The notes: generated from the letters alone by a model not told the origin. Positions 26,969-36,890 are shown, counted from the stretch's first letter. The stretch: 44,975 nt of DNA from Candidatus Woesearchaeota archaeon (GCA_016203395.1 JACQMV010000008.1:1-44975); one strand, 5' to 3'. Numbers and translations are program-made.

Positions 26969-27627
26969 ATACCGTTGTCACAGGTGCTGGTTCATTGTTC
27001 GGGTTTGCATTACATCCTTTTTTTGTTTTTGATTTCAGTGCTTCAAATGAGGATACTAAAAACATGAATCTTAGTGATGCTAATGTTTTTGATAGTCATG
27101 TAAAATCTATGATTAAAAAGAATAATGCCGTTGTTGGTATTGGCAAGTATGCTGAAGACAGGGTTATTTATCAAAGAAGTGCATTATTCGGAAATGAAAG
27201 AACAATTCATTTAGGTGTTGATATCATTCTTCCTGCTGGAACAGCAGTGCATTCGCCTTTTGATGGCGTTGTTCACAGTTTTGATGATAATAAGGGTTTT
27301 GGCGACTATGGCCCAACAATCATTCTTCAGCACGAGATTGATGGTTTTGTTTTTTTCACTCTTTATGGACACCTTAGCAGGGAGTCACTCATCAGTATTG
27401 CAGAAGGGCAAAGAATTGTTAAAAGTCAGATAATAGGAGAGATTGGCTCTAAAGAGATTAATGGACAGTGGTTTGAGCATCTTCATTTTCAGATAATTCT
27501 TGACATGCTCAACAAAAAAGGAGATTTTCCAGGAGTTTGCTGCAAAGATGAAAAGGATAAATGGTTGCGCCTCTGTCCTGATCCGACACAAATACTTAAA
27601 ATCCCACAGCTTTATAAAACACTTTAA
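26965..27627 (+). CDS. Peptidase M23 family protein
   Basis: Zinc motifs HLGVD and HLHFQ, LYGHL; no signal peptide; ATGA overlap with the GNAT gene. Confidence 0.85.
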   Translation: MNTVVTGAGSLFGFALHPFFVFDFSASNEDTKNMNLSDANVFDSHVKSMIKKNNAVVGIGKYAEDRVIYQRSALFGNERTIHLGVDIILPAGTAVHSPFDGVVHSFDDNKGFGDYGPTIILQHEIDGFVFFTLYGHLSRESLISIAEGQRIVKSQIIGEIGSKEINGQWFEHLHFQIILDMLNKKGDFPGVCCKDEKDKWLRLCPDPTQILKIPQLYKTL

Positions 27628-27639
27628 GTTTGTGAAGTT

Positions 27640-28611
27640 ATGCGAATACTTGTTACTGGTGCAGCAGGGTTTCTTGGCACAAACCTTTGTCTGCGATTAA
27701 TTAAAGAAGGGCACAAGGTTATCGGGGTTGATAATTTTCAGACAGGCCGGCTTGATAACATCACAATGCTTAAGGAAGCCAGCAAAAAGGACCCTATTGC
27801 TTTTTTCAATGTTGATATTACGCAAGCATTTGATTACAATAGAGAATACAATGGAAAGCTGGATTGGATTTTTCATCTTGCCTGTCCTGCTTCACCGCCA
27901 CATTATCAAAAGGATATGCGGAATACTGTTCTTGTTAATGTTCTTGGAACAGATAACGCAATACAGATGGCGAAAGCGCACAATGCAAGAATACTTCTAG
28001 CATCAACATCAGAGGTGTATGGTGATCCTTTGGAGCACCCTCAAAAAGAAACGTACTGGGGGCGCCGTAATCCTTTCGGTCCAAGATCCTGCTACGATGA
28101 AGGGAAAGCAGCAGCCGAGGCATTAATGTTTGCTGCAATTAACCAAGCAGGTGTGAAAGGTAGGATTGCAAGAATTTTCAACACCTATGGCCCGTTTATG
28201 GATGCTAATGACGGTCGTGTTGTTTCTAATTTTATTGTAAAATCATTAAAAAACGATTCTTTGGAAGTTTATGGCGATGGTTCTCAAACTAGAAGTATCT
28301 GTTTTGTTGATGATATGATTGACGGCCTGATTAAATTAATGGAATCAGATGTTCAGGAGCCAGTGAATCTTGGTAATCCTGATGAAAAAACAGTTCTGGA
28401 GCTTGCGAGAATAATACTCAAATTAACTCGCTCTTCTTCTGCAATAATTCATAAGCCATTGCCTATTGATGATCCGAAACAAAGGTGTCCGGATATTTCA
28501 AAAGCAAAAAAACTTCTAAACTGGCAGTCAAAAGTAAGCATTGAAGAAGGTATCAAAAAAACAATTCCGTATTTCAGGAAAGTATTAGAATTATCAGCAG
28601 GTAATGTATGA
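27640..28611 (+). CDS. UDP-glucuronate decarboxylase family SDR
   Basis: GAAGFLG, HLACPASP, STSEVYGDP, YDEGK, RIFNTYGP. Confidence 0.9.
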   Translation: MRILVTGAAGFLGTNLCLRLIKEGHKVIGVDNFQTGRLDNITMLKEASKKDPIAFFNVDITQAFDYNREYNGKLDWIFHLACPASPPHYQKDMRNTVLVNVLGTDNAIQMAKAHNARILLASTSEVYGDPLEHPQKETYWGRRNPFGPRSCYDEGKAAAEALMFAAINQAGVKGRIARIFNTYGPFMDANDGRVVSNFIVKSLKNDSLEVYGDGSQTRSICFVDDMIDGLIKLMESDVQEPVNLGNPDEKTVLELARIILKLTRSSSAIIHKPLPIDDPKQRCPDISKAKKLLNWQSKVSIEEGIKKTIPYFRKVLELSAGNV

Positions 28612-29099
28612 GCTTCTACGTTATTATTCGCGGACCGTTGGGGTGTGGAAAAACAACAGTATCAAAAATTCTTTGTAGGGTATTAAACGCCGAATACGTT
28701 TCGTTTGATAATGTTCTTGAGGACAACGGGTTGGATAAAGAGAATTATGCGTTTACTGCTGAGGATTTTATTAAAGCAAACGCGATTGTACTAGATTCTG
28801 CTCAAAAGTGGCTGAATGAAAACAAGATAGTTGTTTTTGATGGATGTTTTTATTTTAAAGAGCAAATAAAACATCTTGAGGAAAATCTTTCTGGCAAGGG
28901 GTATACATTCACATTGAAATGTTCGCTAAATACATGCATAAAAAGAGATAGCAGTAGAGCAAAAGTTTATGGTGAGCAGGCAGCAAAAGAAGTTTACCTG
29001 CTTGTTTCAAAATTTGATTATGGGATCATCATTAATACCGAAGACAAAACTGAAAAAGCAGCTGCTAACGAAATACTATCGCATCTCCCGGAAAGATAA
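28608..29099 (+). CDS. P-loop kinase (AAA_33-like)
   Basis: GPLGCGKTT, VVFDG, CIKRDSSR. Confidence 0.8.
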   Translation: MSFYVIIRGPLGCGKTTVSKILCRVLNAEYVSFDNVLEDNGLDKENYAFTAEDFIKANAIVLDSAQKWLNENKIVVFDGCFYFKEQIKHLEENLSGKGYTFTLKCSLNTCIKRDSSRAKVYGEQAAKEVYLLVSKFDYGIIINTEDKTEKAAANEILSHLPER

Positions 29100-29159
29100 T
29101 CCGCGTCTATAAGCATTATCGTGATGGTCAAAAGCTGGAAAGTTAACAGTTATTCTTAT

Positions 29160-29975
29160 TCAAGCCATAACGGGCTCGGCAGTATGCTGTGAGTCCATCA
29201 TTTCTGCAAGAGTGAATCTTTTTGTGTTTAAACGCCAGACTTTAAGCGCATATCCCAAGCTTTTTTTCGGTTCTGGATGGATGACAAAATATTTAGCGTT
29301 TTCGTTCCATAAGCACACTCTGTTTCTGCCTGCTGTTTTGGCTAATTGCATGTTGTAATCTGCTCTCTGCGCTGCTGACTCGTATGGTTCTGCACGTTCT
29401 TTTTCCCATTTCGTTAGCCCTATAGAGATTGTTATCTCTTCGTGTGGGCTCGTTTTTATGCTTTCAGTGGCTATGAGTAATCTACACCTGTTCGCTGCAG
29501 ATAGTGCAGAATAATCGTGTTCTGTTGCAAGTATCAGCTCCATTTCTTCTCCGTGCAGATGGTATGCTTTTCTAAATTTCTTGTCGCCTACTTCTTTAAG
29601 CCGGTCTGTTTCTCTTATAGATTTTGCTAACGTGCTTACTGTAAGCCGAAGAACATTATCGCCAACCTTTTCTCCGTATATTTTGTTGAATCTGCCGAAA
29701 TAATCTATGTCTATTTTAGCAACGTAAACGCTGTTTTCTCCATTTAGCCGTCTGTTGCCTATTTTTGACAAAGATAGTCTGTTAACATCATCATCTCTCA
29801 CAGTTGAGTTATTGTGTCCACTTACAGGGTTTGTTGTTGCCAGTGTTTGTAAGTGCTCCACAACTTCTATCACTCCTTGAAGTCCTGTAGCTTTAGGATT
29901 GTGAGCCCATAATTGCTTCAGGTATTCAACAGCGTTGCGGTATTTTCCCGAGTCATAGAGCTTACTCTTTGCCAT
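29160..29975 (-). CDS. GGDEF-domain protein with variant signature HGEEM
   Basis: DIDYFGRFNKIYGEKVGDNVL, LHGEEM, ITISIGL, ADYNMQLAKTAGRNRV. Confidence 0.85.
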   Translation of the reverse strand: MAKSKLYDSGKYRNAVEYLKQLWAHNPKATGLQGVIEVVEHLQTLATTNPVSGHNNSTVRDDDVNRLSLSKIGNRRLNGENSVYVAKIDIDYFGRFNKIYGEKVGDNVLRLTVSTLAKSIRETDRLKEVGDKKFRKAYHLHGEEMELILATEHDYSALSAANRCRLLIATESIKTSPHEEITISIGLTKWEKERAEPYESAAQRADYNMQLAKTAGRNRVCLWNENAKYFVIHPEPKKSLGYALKVWRLNTKRFTLAEMMDSQHTAEPVMA

Positions 29976-30085
29976 TAGTATAATAAGTACTGGTTTAATT
30001 ATAAAGATGTGCAAAACTGGCGAGTTTTCTTTATTTGAATCATTCTAATGGCTTATTACTTACCAAAACAGATAAAAAAAGAAAG

Positions 30086-30112
30086 GTTACCATTATTGGT
30101 AACATTTATATA
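30086..30112 (+). promoter_or_regulatory. Operator-like palindrome next to the suf operon TATA box
   Basis: GTTACCA-TTAT-TGGTAAC (30086-30103), then TTTATATA (30105-30112); start codon at 30135. Confidence 0.65.
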
Positions 30113-30134
30113 ACTCATCTTACTTTATAGTTGT

Positions 30135-30629
30135 ATGGGTGTTCGTGAGCTTGCTTTTGAGTGCATTTCTAGTTCGGAGCATGGTGTTACTTTGCAGGAA
30201 GTCTGCTCTTTTCTTGCTCTTGAGCGTCATACTGTTGCAAAGTATTTGGATGTTTTGCGCTCGCAGGGTTTGATTAATTTTAAGCAGGCTGGCATGTCTA
30301 AGCTTTGGTTTGCTACTAAGCACCCATTTATTGAGGTTTTGAAAAATGAGGATATTTCTGATGGCATTAAGTCAATTGCTGATTCTGTTGGCCGTGTTGC
30401 TATTGTTAATAAGGATTACAAGGTTGAATGGTCTAATTCAGGGATAAAGGAAGCGCAGTGTTTTGAGGCGTTGGCTCATAGTAAGGAGAGGTGTCAGAAT
30501 TGTCCTGCAAGCCGGACTTTTAAGACAGGAAAAGTGCATGAAGCAAATATTGGTGAAACGCTTGTGATTACTCGTCCTTTGAAGGATAATAAGGGAAATG
30601 TTGTTGGGATTGTTGAGATAAGAAAATGA
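30135..30629 (+). CDS. HTH plus Cys-containing PAS-like transcription regulator
   Basis: TLQEVC...RHTVAKYLDVL winged HTH; IVNKDYKVEWSN...CFEAL...CQNCP...PLKDNKGNVVGIVE PAS/PAC pattern. Confidence 0.75.
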   Translation: MGVRELAFECISSSEHGVTLQEVCSFLALERHTVAKYLDVLRSQGLINFKQAGMSKLWFATKHPFIEVLKNEDISDGIKSIADSVGRVAIVNKDYKVEWSNSGIKEAQCFEALAHSKERCQNCPASRTFKTGKVHEANIGETLVITRPLKDNKGNVVGIVEIRK

Positions 30630-30931
30630 TTGCTATAACACAAAATGCTGAAAAGATAATTCGCTCGCAAGCAAAAAGCGGCGAGGGTTTAAGGATTAAA
30701 GTAGTTGCAGGTGGCTGCGCTGCTTACATGTATGAACTTGGTTTTAGCAAACCATTAGAAGGTGATTCTATTATTCAGCAAGGAGCCGCTCTTGTTATTG
30801 TTGATAAGGATTCTATTAGTTTTCTTAAGGGTTCTGTAGTTGATTATCGTAGTGGATTGCAGAATAATGGTTTTGTTGTCAGAAATCCTAATGTCAAACG
30901 CAGTTGTTCCTGCGGGCATAGTGTAGCATGA
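30626..30931 (+). CDS. sufA: A-type Fe-S carrier (IscA/SufA/HesB)
   Basis: GGCAAY, NPNVKRSCSCG. Confidence 0.88.
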   Translation: MIAITQNAEKIIRSQAKSGEGLRIKVVAGGCAAYMYELGFSKPLEGDSIIQQGAALVIVDKDSISFLKGSVVDYRSGLQNNGFVVRNPNVKRSCSCGHSVA

Positions 30932-32316
30932 GCAAGATAGATCGTTCGGCATATGATGATCCTGTTTTGAGTAAAATAGTTTTTAAGCTACCAGATGGTT
31001 TGACAGAAGATGCTGTTCGCCTTATTTCTAAGGACAAGAATGAGCCAGAGTGGATGTTGCACCATCGTTTACATTGTTTTAAGTTGTTTGAGCAATTGAA
31101 AATGCCTGATTGGGGTCCGGATCTTGAAAAGCTTGACTTGTCTAAAATAAGTTTTTTTGCAAAACCTGATTCTGTTTCTAACGCGACCAGTTGGGATGCT
31201 GTTCCAAAGGAGATTAAGCTGACGTTTGAAAGGTTAGGTATTCCTGAAGCAGAAAGAAAATCATTAGCAGGTGTTGGTGCGCAGTATGAGTCTCAGGTTG
31301 TTTATCATAAACTGCAGGAAGACTTAGAAAATAAAGGGGTTATTTTTCTTGATATGGATGTTGCTTTGCAGAAATATCCTGAGCTGGTAAAGCAGTATTT
31401 TATGAAATGCGTGCCTCCTTCTTTGCATAAGTTTGCTGCGTTGCATGGTGCTGTTTGGAGTGGTGGCACCTTTCTCTACGTCCCTGCAAACGTCATCATT
31501 GACAAACCATTGCAGGCATATTTTAGAATGAATGCAAAAAAAATGGGGCAGTTTGAACACACTTTGATTGTTGTTGAAGAAAACGCACAGGTTCATTACA
31601 TGGAGGGCTGTTCTGCCCCTCAATATGAGCAAGCAAGTCTTCATGCTGGGTGTGTTGAGGTTTTTGTTAAAAAGAACGCGAGAACAAGATATAGTAGTGT
31701 TGAGAACTGGAGTAAGAATACGTTTAATCTTAATACAAAGCGGGCTTTGGTTGATGAGAATGCATTAATGGAGTGGATTAATGGAAACATGGGTTCTGGT
31801 GTTACAATGCTTTATCCTTGCACTGTTTTGAAAGGAAAGAATAGTTCTGCAAATTGTTTGGGTATTGCCTTTGCTGGTAAAGGTCAGAATCAGGATACTG
31901 GGATGAAAGTATATCATCTTGCTTCTAATACAACGAGTATTATTAAAAGCAAGAGCATTTCAAAGAATGGCGGGATAACAACTTATCGCGGTCTTGTAAA
32001 GATCGCTAAAGGTGCGTTTAATTCTAAGGTGAATGTTCAGTGTGATGCGTTGATGGCAGATAATTCTAGTGAATCAAATACTATTCCATATATTGAGGTT
32101 CTTGAGCCGCATTCTACAACAACTCATGAAGCAACTGTTGGAAAGATTGGTGATGACCAGATTTTTTATCTTATGAGTCGTGGCTTATCAGAAGAACAGG
32201 CAGCGCAGATGATTGTCTCTGGTTTTGTTGAGCCAGTTATTAAGCAGCTTCCTGTTGAATATGCTATTGAGCTTAATCGTCTTATAGAGCTTGAGATGGA
32301 GGGTTCGCTAGGATGA
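30928..32316 (+). CDS. sufB: Fe-S cluster assembly protein SufB
   Basis: GQFEHTLI, YMEGCSAP, HEATVGKI, FYLMSRG. Confidence 0.96.
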   Translation: MSKIDRSAYDDPVLSKIVFKLPDGLTEDAVRLISKDKNEPEWMLHHRLHCFKLFEQLKMPDWGPDLEKLDLSKISFFAKPDSVSNATSWDAVPKEIKLTFERLGIPEAERKSLAGVGAQYESQVVYHKLQEDLENKGVIFLDMDVALQKYPELVKQYFMKCVPPSLHKFAALHGAVWSGGTFLYVPANVIIDKPLQAYFRMNAKKMGQFEHTLIVVEENAQVHYMEGCSAPQYEQASLHAGCVEVFVKKNARTRYSSVENWSKNTFNLNTKRALVDENALMEWINGNMGSGVTMLYPCTVLKGKNSSANCLGIAFAGKGQNQDTGMKVYHLASNTTSIIKSKSISKNGGITTYRGLVKIAKGAFNSKVNVQCDALMADNSSESNTIPYIEVLEPHSTTTHEATVGKIGDDQIFYLMSRGLSEEQAAQMIVSGFVEPVIKQLPVEYAIELNRLIELEMEGSLG

Positions 32317-33326
32317 GTTCGCAGGAATTAGCAAAGAAAAAGGCAGTTGAGGATTCTAAAGTGCTGCCAATGCCTGAATTTAAGTATGGCATAACTGTGC
32401 GTCTTAATGCTGATGAAAAGGCATTTTGTGTTCCTTCTCATGAAGAGGTTGATACAATTCCTTTTGGGATTAATATGGCGTTAAGTAAAGAGTCCTCGTT
32501 TATTCTTGAGTATGATGATAAATTGTCTGCTTTGCATGCAGGATTGCTTGGAAAGAGCATTTTTATTCATATTCCTGAGGGGTTTGTTTCAAAAACTCCT
32601 GTCATTATTTCAAATAATATTACAAAGAACGCGTGTATTGATGCAATTCGTGTTGTTGTTGAGCCAAATGCTGATGTTATTCTTATTGAAAAAAATGATT
32701 TTTGTAATGTTCGTTTTTCAAGAGTGAATATTGAAGTTAAGCATAATTCTAAGCTCACGTATGCTAGTTCTTATAGCAATAAAGTGTTATGGGTTAGAAA
32801 GAATGCTGTTGTTGGCGATAATGCTTCTCTTCAGTGGTGTGAGTGTGTAAAAAGCACTCATCTTGCTTATTCCAGAACGTTCAGTAAGCTTGATGGCAGG
32901 AATTCGTCTGTTGATAATACGTCTGTGTTTTCTGGCTGTTCTGGCCAGTTTGACATAGGTGTTACAAACGAGCACGTTGGTAGTTTTTCAAAAAGCAATC
33001 TTCTTTCTAAGGGCGTGCTTGATGGAACAGCAAAAGGGATTGCTCAAGGCACGATAATTGTGGGAGAACATGCCTTCAAAAGCGACAGTTATCAGAAAGA
33101 GGACTTGCTTTTATTAGGCGATAATTCAGAAGGGGACTCAATTCCCCAGTTGTTTATTCATAATCATGATGTTCGTTGCACGCATGGGGCGAGCGTATCA
33201 AGTATTGACGAGAATCAGCTATTCTATTTGTCTAGCAGAGGCATTTCGTTTGAGGATGCTAAGAATTTACTTGTTGACGGGTTTCTTGCGCACGCAGTTA
33301 AGAAAATGCCTAAGGAGGCGTTATGA
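32313..33326 (+). CDS. sufD: Fe-S cluster assembly protein SufD
   Basis: PQLFIHNHDVRCTHGASV, FYLSSRG. Confidence 0.88.
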   Translation: MSSQELAKKKAVEDSKVLPMPEFKYGITVRLNADEKAFCVPSHEEVDTIPFGINMALSKESSFILEYDDKLSALHAGLLGKSIFIHIPEGFVSKTPVIISNNITKNACIDAIRVVVEPNADVILIEKNDFCNVRFSRVNIEVKHNSKLTYASSYSNKVLWVRKNAVVGDNASLQWCECVKSTHLAYSRTFSKLDGRNSSVDNTSVFSGCSGQFDIGVTNEHVGSFSKSNLLSKGVLDGTAKGIAQGTIIVGEHAFKSDSYQKEDLLLLGDNSEGDSIPQLFIHNHDVRCTHGASVSSIDENQLFYLSSRGISFEDAKNLLVDGFLAHAVKKMPKEAL

Positions 33327-34471
33327 GCGATTTTCCAATTCTAAAGGATATTGTTTATCTTGATAATGCTTCAACAACGCAAAAGCCATTAGTAGTGATT
33401 GAGGCAGTTAAGCAGTATTATGAAAAGTATAATGCTAACATTCATCGTGGTGTTTACAGTTTAAGTGAACATTCTACTTTATTATTTGAGAATGCTAGGA
33501 AGGCGGTTTCTGAATTCGTAAATGCAGAATGTGTTGTTTTCACAAAGAGTGCTACTGAGGGCTTGAATCTTGTTGCAAAAGGGCTTCCGTTAATAAAAGG
33601 TGATGAAGTTATTCTTACAGACATGGAGCATCATTCAAATATTCTGCCATGGCAGCAGGTTGCAAAAGAAAAAGGCATTATTTTGAAGTTTGCTCGTGTT
33701 AAGAATTTTTCTCTTGACGTGGATCATTTAGTATCTTTGTTTTCTCCTAAAACAAAGGTTGTGAGCATATGTCATGTTTCTAATGTTCTTGGTTGTGAGA
33801 ATCCGATTAAAGAGATAAGTAGAATTGCGCATTCCAATAATGCTTTGATTGTTATTGATGCGAGTCAGAGCGTTCCTCATATGACTATTGACGTAAAGGA
33901 ATTAGGTGCTGATTTTTTGGTGTTTTCAGGTCATAAAATGCTTGCGCCTATGGGTGTTGGGGTTTTGTGTGGAAAGAAGAAATGTTTGGAAATGCTTTCT
34001 CCTCTTGTTTCAGGTGGCGGCGGTATAAAGAATGTTGAGCAGCACGATTTCTCGCTTAATGATGTTCCTGACCGGCTTGAGGCAGGCACTCCTAATGTCG
34101 CGTCTGTTGTGGGACTTGCAGCAGCAATTGAGTATCTTAAAGGTATTGGCATGGAGAAGGTAACGCATCAGGTAAACTGGCTTACTGATTATGCTTTGAA
34201 GAAACTCAGTTCTAACAGGAGTATTGTTGTTTTTGGCGGCAGCAATGGCGTTATTAGTTTTGGTGTTGATGGCGTGCATTCTCATGATGTTTGCTCTATT
34301 CTTGATCAGAAGAATATTTGTGTAAGAGGAGGACATCATTGTGCTATGCTTTTGATGAAACAACTGGGCATTAAGGACTGTGTTAGAGCTTCATTTTATT
34401 TTTACAATACAAAAGATGATGTTGACAAGCTTGCTGATTCGCTCTCGCTTGTGAAGGAGGTTTTAGCATGA
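33323..34471 (+). CDS. sufS: Cysteine desulfurase, group II
   Basis: YLDNASTTQKP, EHHSN, SGHKM, RGGHHCA. Confidence 0.94.
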   Translation: MSDFPILKDIVYLDNASTTQKPLVVIEAVKQYYEKYNANIHRGVYSLSEHSTLLFENARKAVSEFVNAECVVFTKSATEGLNLVAKGLPLIKGDEVILTDMEHHSNILPWQQVAKEKGIILKFARVKNFSLDVDHLVSLFSPKTKVVSICHVSNVLGCENPIKEISRIAHSNNALIVIDASQSVPHMTIDVKELGADFLVFSGHKMLAPMGVGVLCGKKKCLEMLSPLVSGGGGIKNVEQHDFSLNDVPDRLEAGTPNVASVVGLAAAIEYLKGIGMEKVTHQVNWLTDYALKKLSSNRSIVVFGGSNGVISFGVDGVHSHDVCSILDQKNICVRGGHHCAMLLMKQLGIKDCVRASFYFYNTKDDVDKLADSLSLVKEVLA

Positions 34472-34845
34472 ACATGTATCAGGAGAATATTCTTGAGCAT
34501 TCCAGGAATCCTAGTAATTATGGTGTTCTTGACAAATTCACTCATTCAGTATTTGATAGCAATCCTTTATGCGGTGATGAAGTGAGTATCCAATTGCTTG
34601 TTGATAGTGGCATTATCAAAAAGGTTGCTTTTTCTTCTGTAGGTTGTGTTATTTCAAGAGCGGGCTCTAGCATTATTACTGAATTTGTTATTGGTAAATC
34701 TGTTGATGACATAAAAAAGATGTCAAAAGAGGATATGCTCGGCATTCTTAATGTTGAATTAAGTGCTTCGCGTATAAAATGCGCCCTCCTCGGATTTGTA
34801 GCGCTGAAGAAATCTTTATGGGGTGTTAGTGATGTTGCAGATTAA
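34468..34845 (+). CDS. sufU: SufU/NifU-like protein
   Basis: NPLCGD, GCVIS, RIKCA. Confidence 0.9.
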   Translation: MNMYQENILEHSRNPSNYGVLDKFTHSVFDSNPLCGDEVSIQLLVDSGIIKKVAFSSVGCVISRAGSSIITEFVIGKSVDDIKKMSKEDMLGILNVELSASRIKCALLGFVALKKSLWGVSDVAD

Positions 34846-35545
34846 GAATCTTTCAGTTTTAGTTGGTGAAAAGCAGATTTTGAATGATATTTGTTTAGAT
34901 GTTCCTGAAGGAAAGATTACAGTTCTCATGGGCCCTAATGGTTCTGGAAAGAGCACGTTAGCAAATGTAATAATGGGTAATCCCTGCTATTCTGTTCGTA
35001 GTGGAAGTATTCTTATGGATAATGAAGAAGTGCGTTTGTTAAGTCCTTCAGAGCGAGCAAAAAAGGGGATTTTTCTTTCATTTCAGAATCCTGTAGAAAT
35101 CCCGGGTGTTTCATTGACTAATGTTTTACGAACAGCATTTATTGCAGTAAAGGGGAAGATTAGTGTTTTTGAGTTTTCAAAGATTCTTAAAGAGAAAATG
35201 TGCCTGCTTGGCATTGATGAGAGCTTTGCTTCCCGTTCATTGAACGAGGGTTTTTCAGGTGGAGAAAAAAAGAAGGCAGAAATGTTGCAGCTCGCAGTAT
35301 TGCAGCCAAAGATCGCTCTTCTTGATGAAACAGACTCTGGTGCAGATACTGATGTGCTTAGAGTGTTTGGTAAACATATTAACCTCATGAAGCAGCAAGG
35401 CATGGGTGCTTTGATAATAACGCATTATGACAGAATGTTAGACATTGTGAAGCCGGATTTTGTGCACGTGATGAAGGATGGCAGGATTGTGGAGAGCGGT
35501 TCTGAGGAATTGGCAATAAAAGTCTCTGAACATGGCTACTTATAA
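34832..35545 (+). CDS. sufC: Fe-S assembly ATPase SufC
   Basis: GPNGSGKS, FQNPVEIPGV, FSGGEKK, LDETDSG. Confidence 0.95.
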   Translation: MLQIKNLSVLVGEKQILNDICLDVPEGKITVLMGPNGSGKSTLANVIMGNPCYSVRSGSILMDNEEVRLLSPSERAKKGIFLSFQNPVEIPGVSLTNVLRTAFIAVKGKISVFEFSKILKEKMCLLGIDESFASRSLNEGFSGGEKKKAEMLQLAVLQPKIALLDETDSGADTDVLRVFGKHINLMKQQGMGALIITHYDRMLDIVKPDFVHVMKDGRIVESGSEELAIKVSEHGYL

Positions 35546-35561
35546 GATTGCTTTTCAGAAT

Positions 35562-35655
35562 TATAGCAAACAAAGTAAATTTTCGCATATGTTTCGTTCG
35601 GTATATGAGGAAGAATTTACTATTTTTATATGATTATTAATGTCAGCCGCTATAG
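35562..35655 (-). repeat. Family B copy B3
   Basis: TATAGCAAACAAAG...CCGCTATAG; begins 16 nt after the sufC stop. Confidence 0.9.
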
Positions 35656-35818
35656 CATGAAAGAAATACTCTCTTTATAATCAATTTAGAGCGACTAAAA
35701 AACTACTTCGTTAAGATGCTGTGAAGAACTAAACAAGAGATACCTGTTCATCTCTTTCGAGCAGGACATCCAGAACATCTGGCATACTGTCAAAAGTTGC
35801 ACGGTTCTGTGCTTTCCA

Positions 35819-36064
35819 TTAAGCACCAGCCCAAGATAATTGTAAGCCAAACACTTGCATGTAATATTCAGGAGCTGCACTTATAACAACATATTTTGAG
35901 CACTTGCCATCGTGTTCCTCTTTAACCTGAATTGAATGCATTTTTGCAGACGCCATGCTTTGCAGTGAACGCACTGCTGAGCGTACGTCAACACCATTTT
36001 TGAAGTAAACTACGACTTCCGGATTACCCATAAGTTCAGGAAATACTAGACGTATATAAACCAT
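35819..36064 (-). CDS. Hypothetical small protein
   Basis: ORF evidence only; start uncertain. Confidence 0.4.
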   Translation of the reverse strand: MVYIRLVFPELMGNPEVVVYFKNGVDVRSAVRSLQSMASAKMHSIQVKEEHDGKCSKYVVISAAPEYYMQVFGLQLSWAGA

Positions 36065-36146
36065 TGCTATTATAGTAGGCAATAAAACGAGTTTCTTTGT
36101 CGTAATCCTATAATCGGAGATTCACAACACACGTGCGCTAACTGCA

Positions 36147-36890
36147 CTATAAACACTTTTTCGCAACCTTCCACATTTCTTCAAAAAAATTCTTATAAGA
36201 TTCATAAACATCTTTTGATATTGTTTCTATGGCAATTAACCTGTCAGTATAAAGAAAGTTTACAATCCTATAGTCATATATCAAAACAAAAGAATTAGTC
36301 CTCATATCACTAAACCTAAGATCCATGTATTTGAAATCCTTTACAACATTTTTAACTTCTCTCTCAACATCTTTATTGAAAATGATTTTAACTTTTATTC
36401 CCTGTTTGTCTCTTTGTTTATGAAAACTCGTTAGCATAAAATTAACATTTTCATTTGTTTTATCTCCAATCTGCCTTGCACCAAAAACATAGTAAGTGTC
36501 TCTTCTTTTCATCACTCTTAATAATCTATCATAAATTCCTTTAAATCCCTTAAATCCCTCGTAAACATTCGTTTGGATTCTTTCTTCATTTTCTCTTTGA
36601 GATGCTTTTAATTCAGGCAAAACTGATTCTAACTGCTTTTTCCTGTTATCCAATAACTGCACTAATTGTTCTGGTGGTGCTGCCTGAAAGTGTTTTTTGT
36701 TAGCAGCAATTACATAACTGACTAAGCCCTTTTTAATAAGATTATCCAAACAATAGTATAATGCTGAAACTTGTATCCCTGTTTCCGTAATAAGTTTCCA
36801 TGAGGTGGTTTTACCTAATTTCAAGAGGGCCAAATATACTTTTACCTCGTTCTTTGACAGTCCTATTTCTTCCAGGATTTTCTGGCTCAT
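36147..36890 (-). CDS. TrmB-family HTH transcriptional regulator
   Basis: LEEIGLSKNEVKVYLALL...LIKKGLVSY...YEGFKG, PLD-like C-terminal domain. Confidence 0.88.
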   Translation of the reverse strand: MSQKILEEIGLSKNEVKVYLALLKLGKTTSWKLITETGIQVSALYYCLDNLIKKGLVSYVIAANKKHFQAAPPEQLVQLLDNRKKQLESVLPELKASQRENEERIQTNVYEGFKGFKGIYDRLLRVMKRRDTYYVFGARQIGDKTNENVNFMLTSFHKQRDKQGIKVKIIFNKDVEREVKNVVKDFKYMDLRFSDMRTNSFVLIYDYRIVNFLYTDRLIAIETISKDVYESYKNFFEEMWKVAKKCL

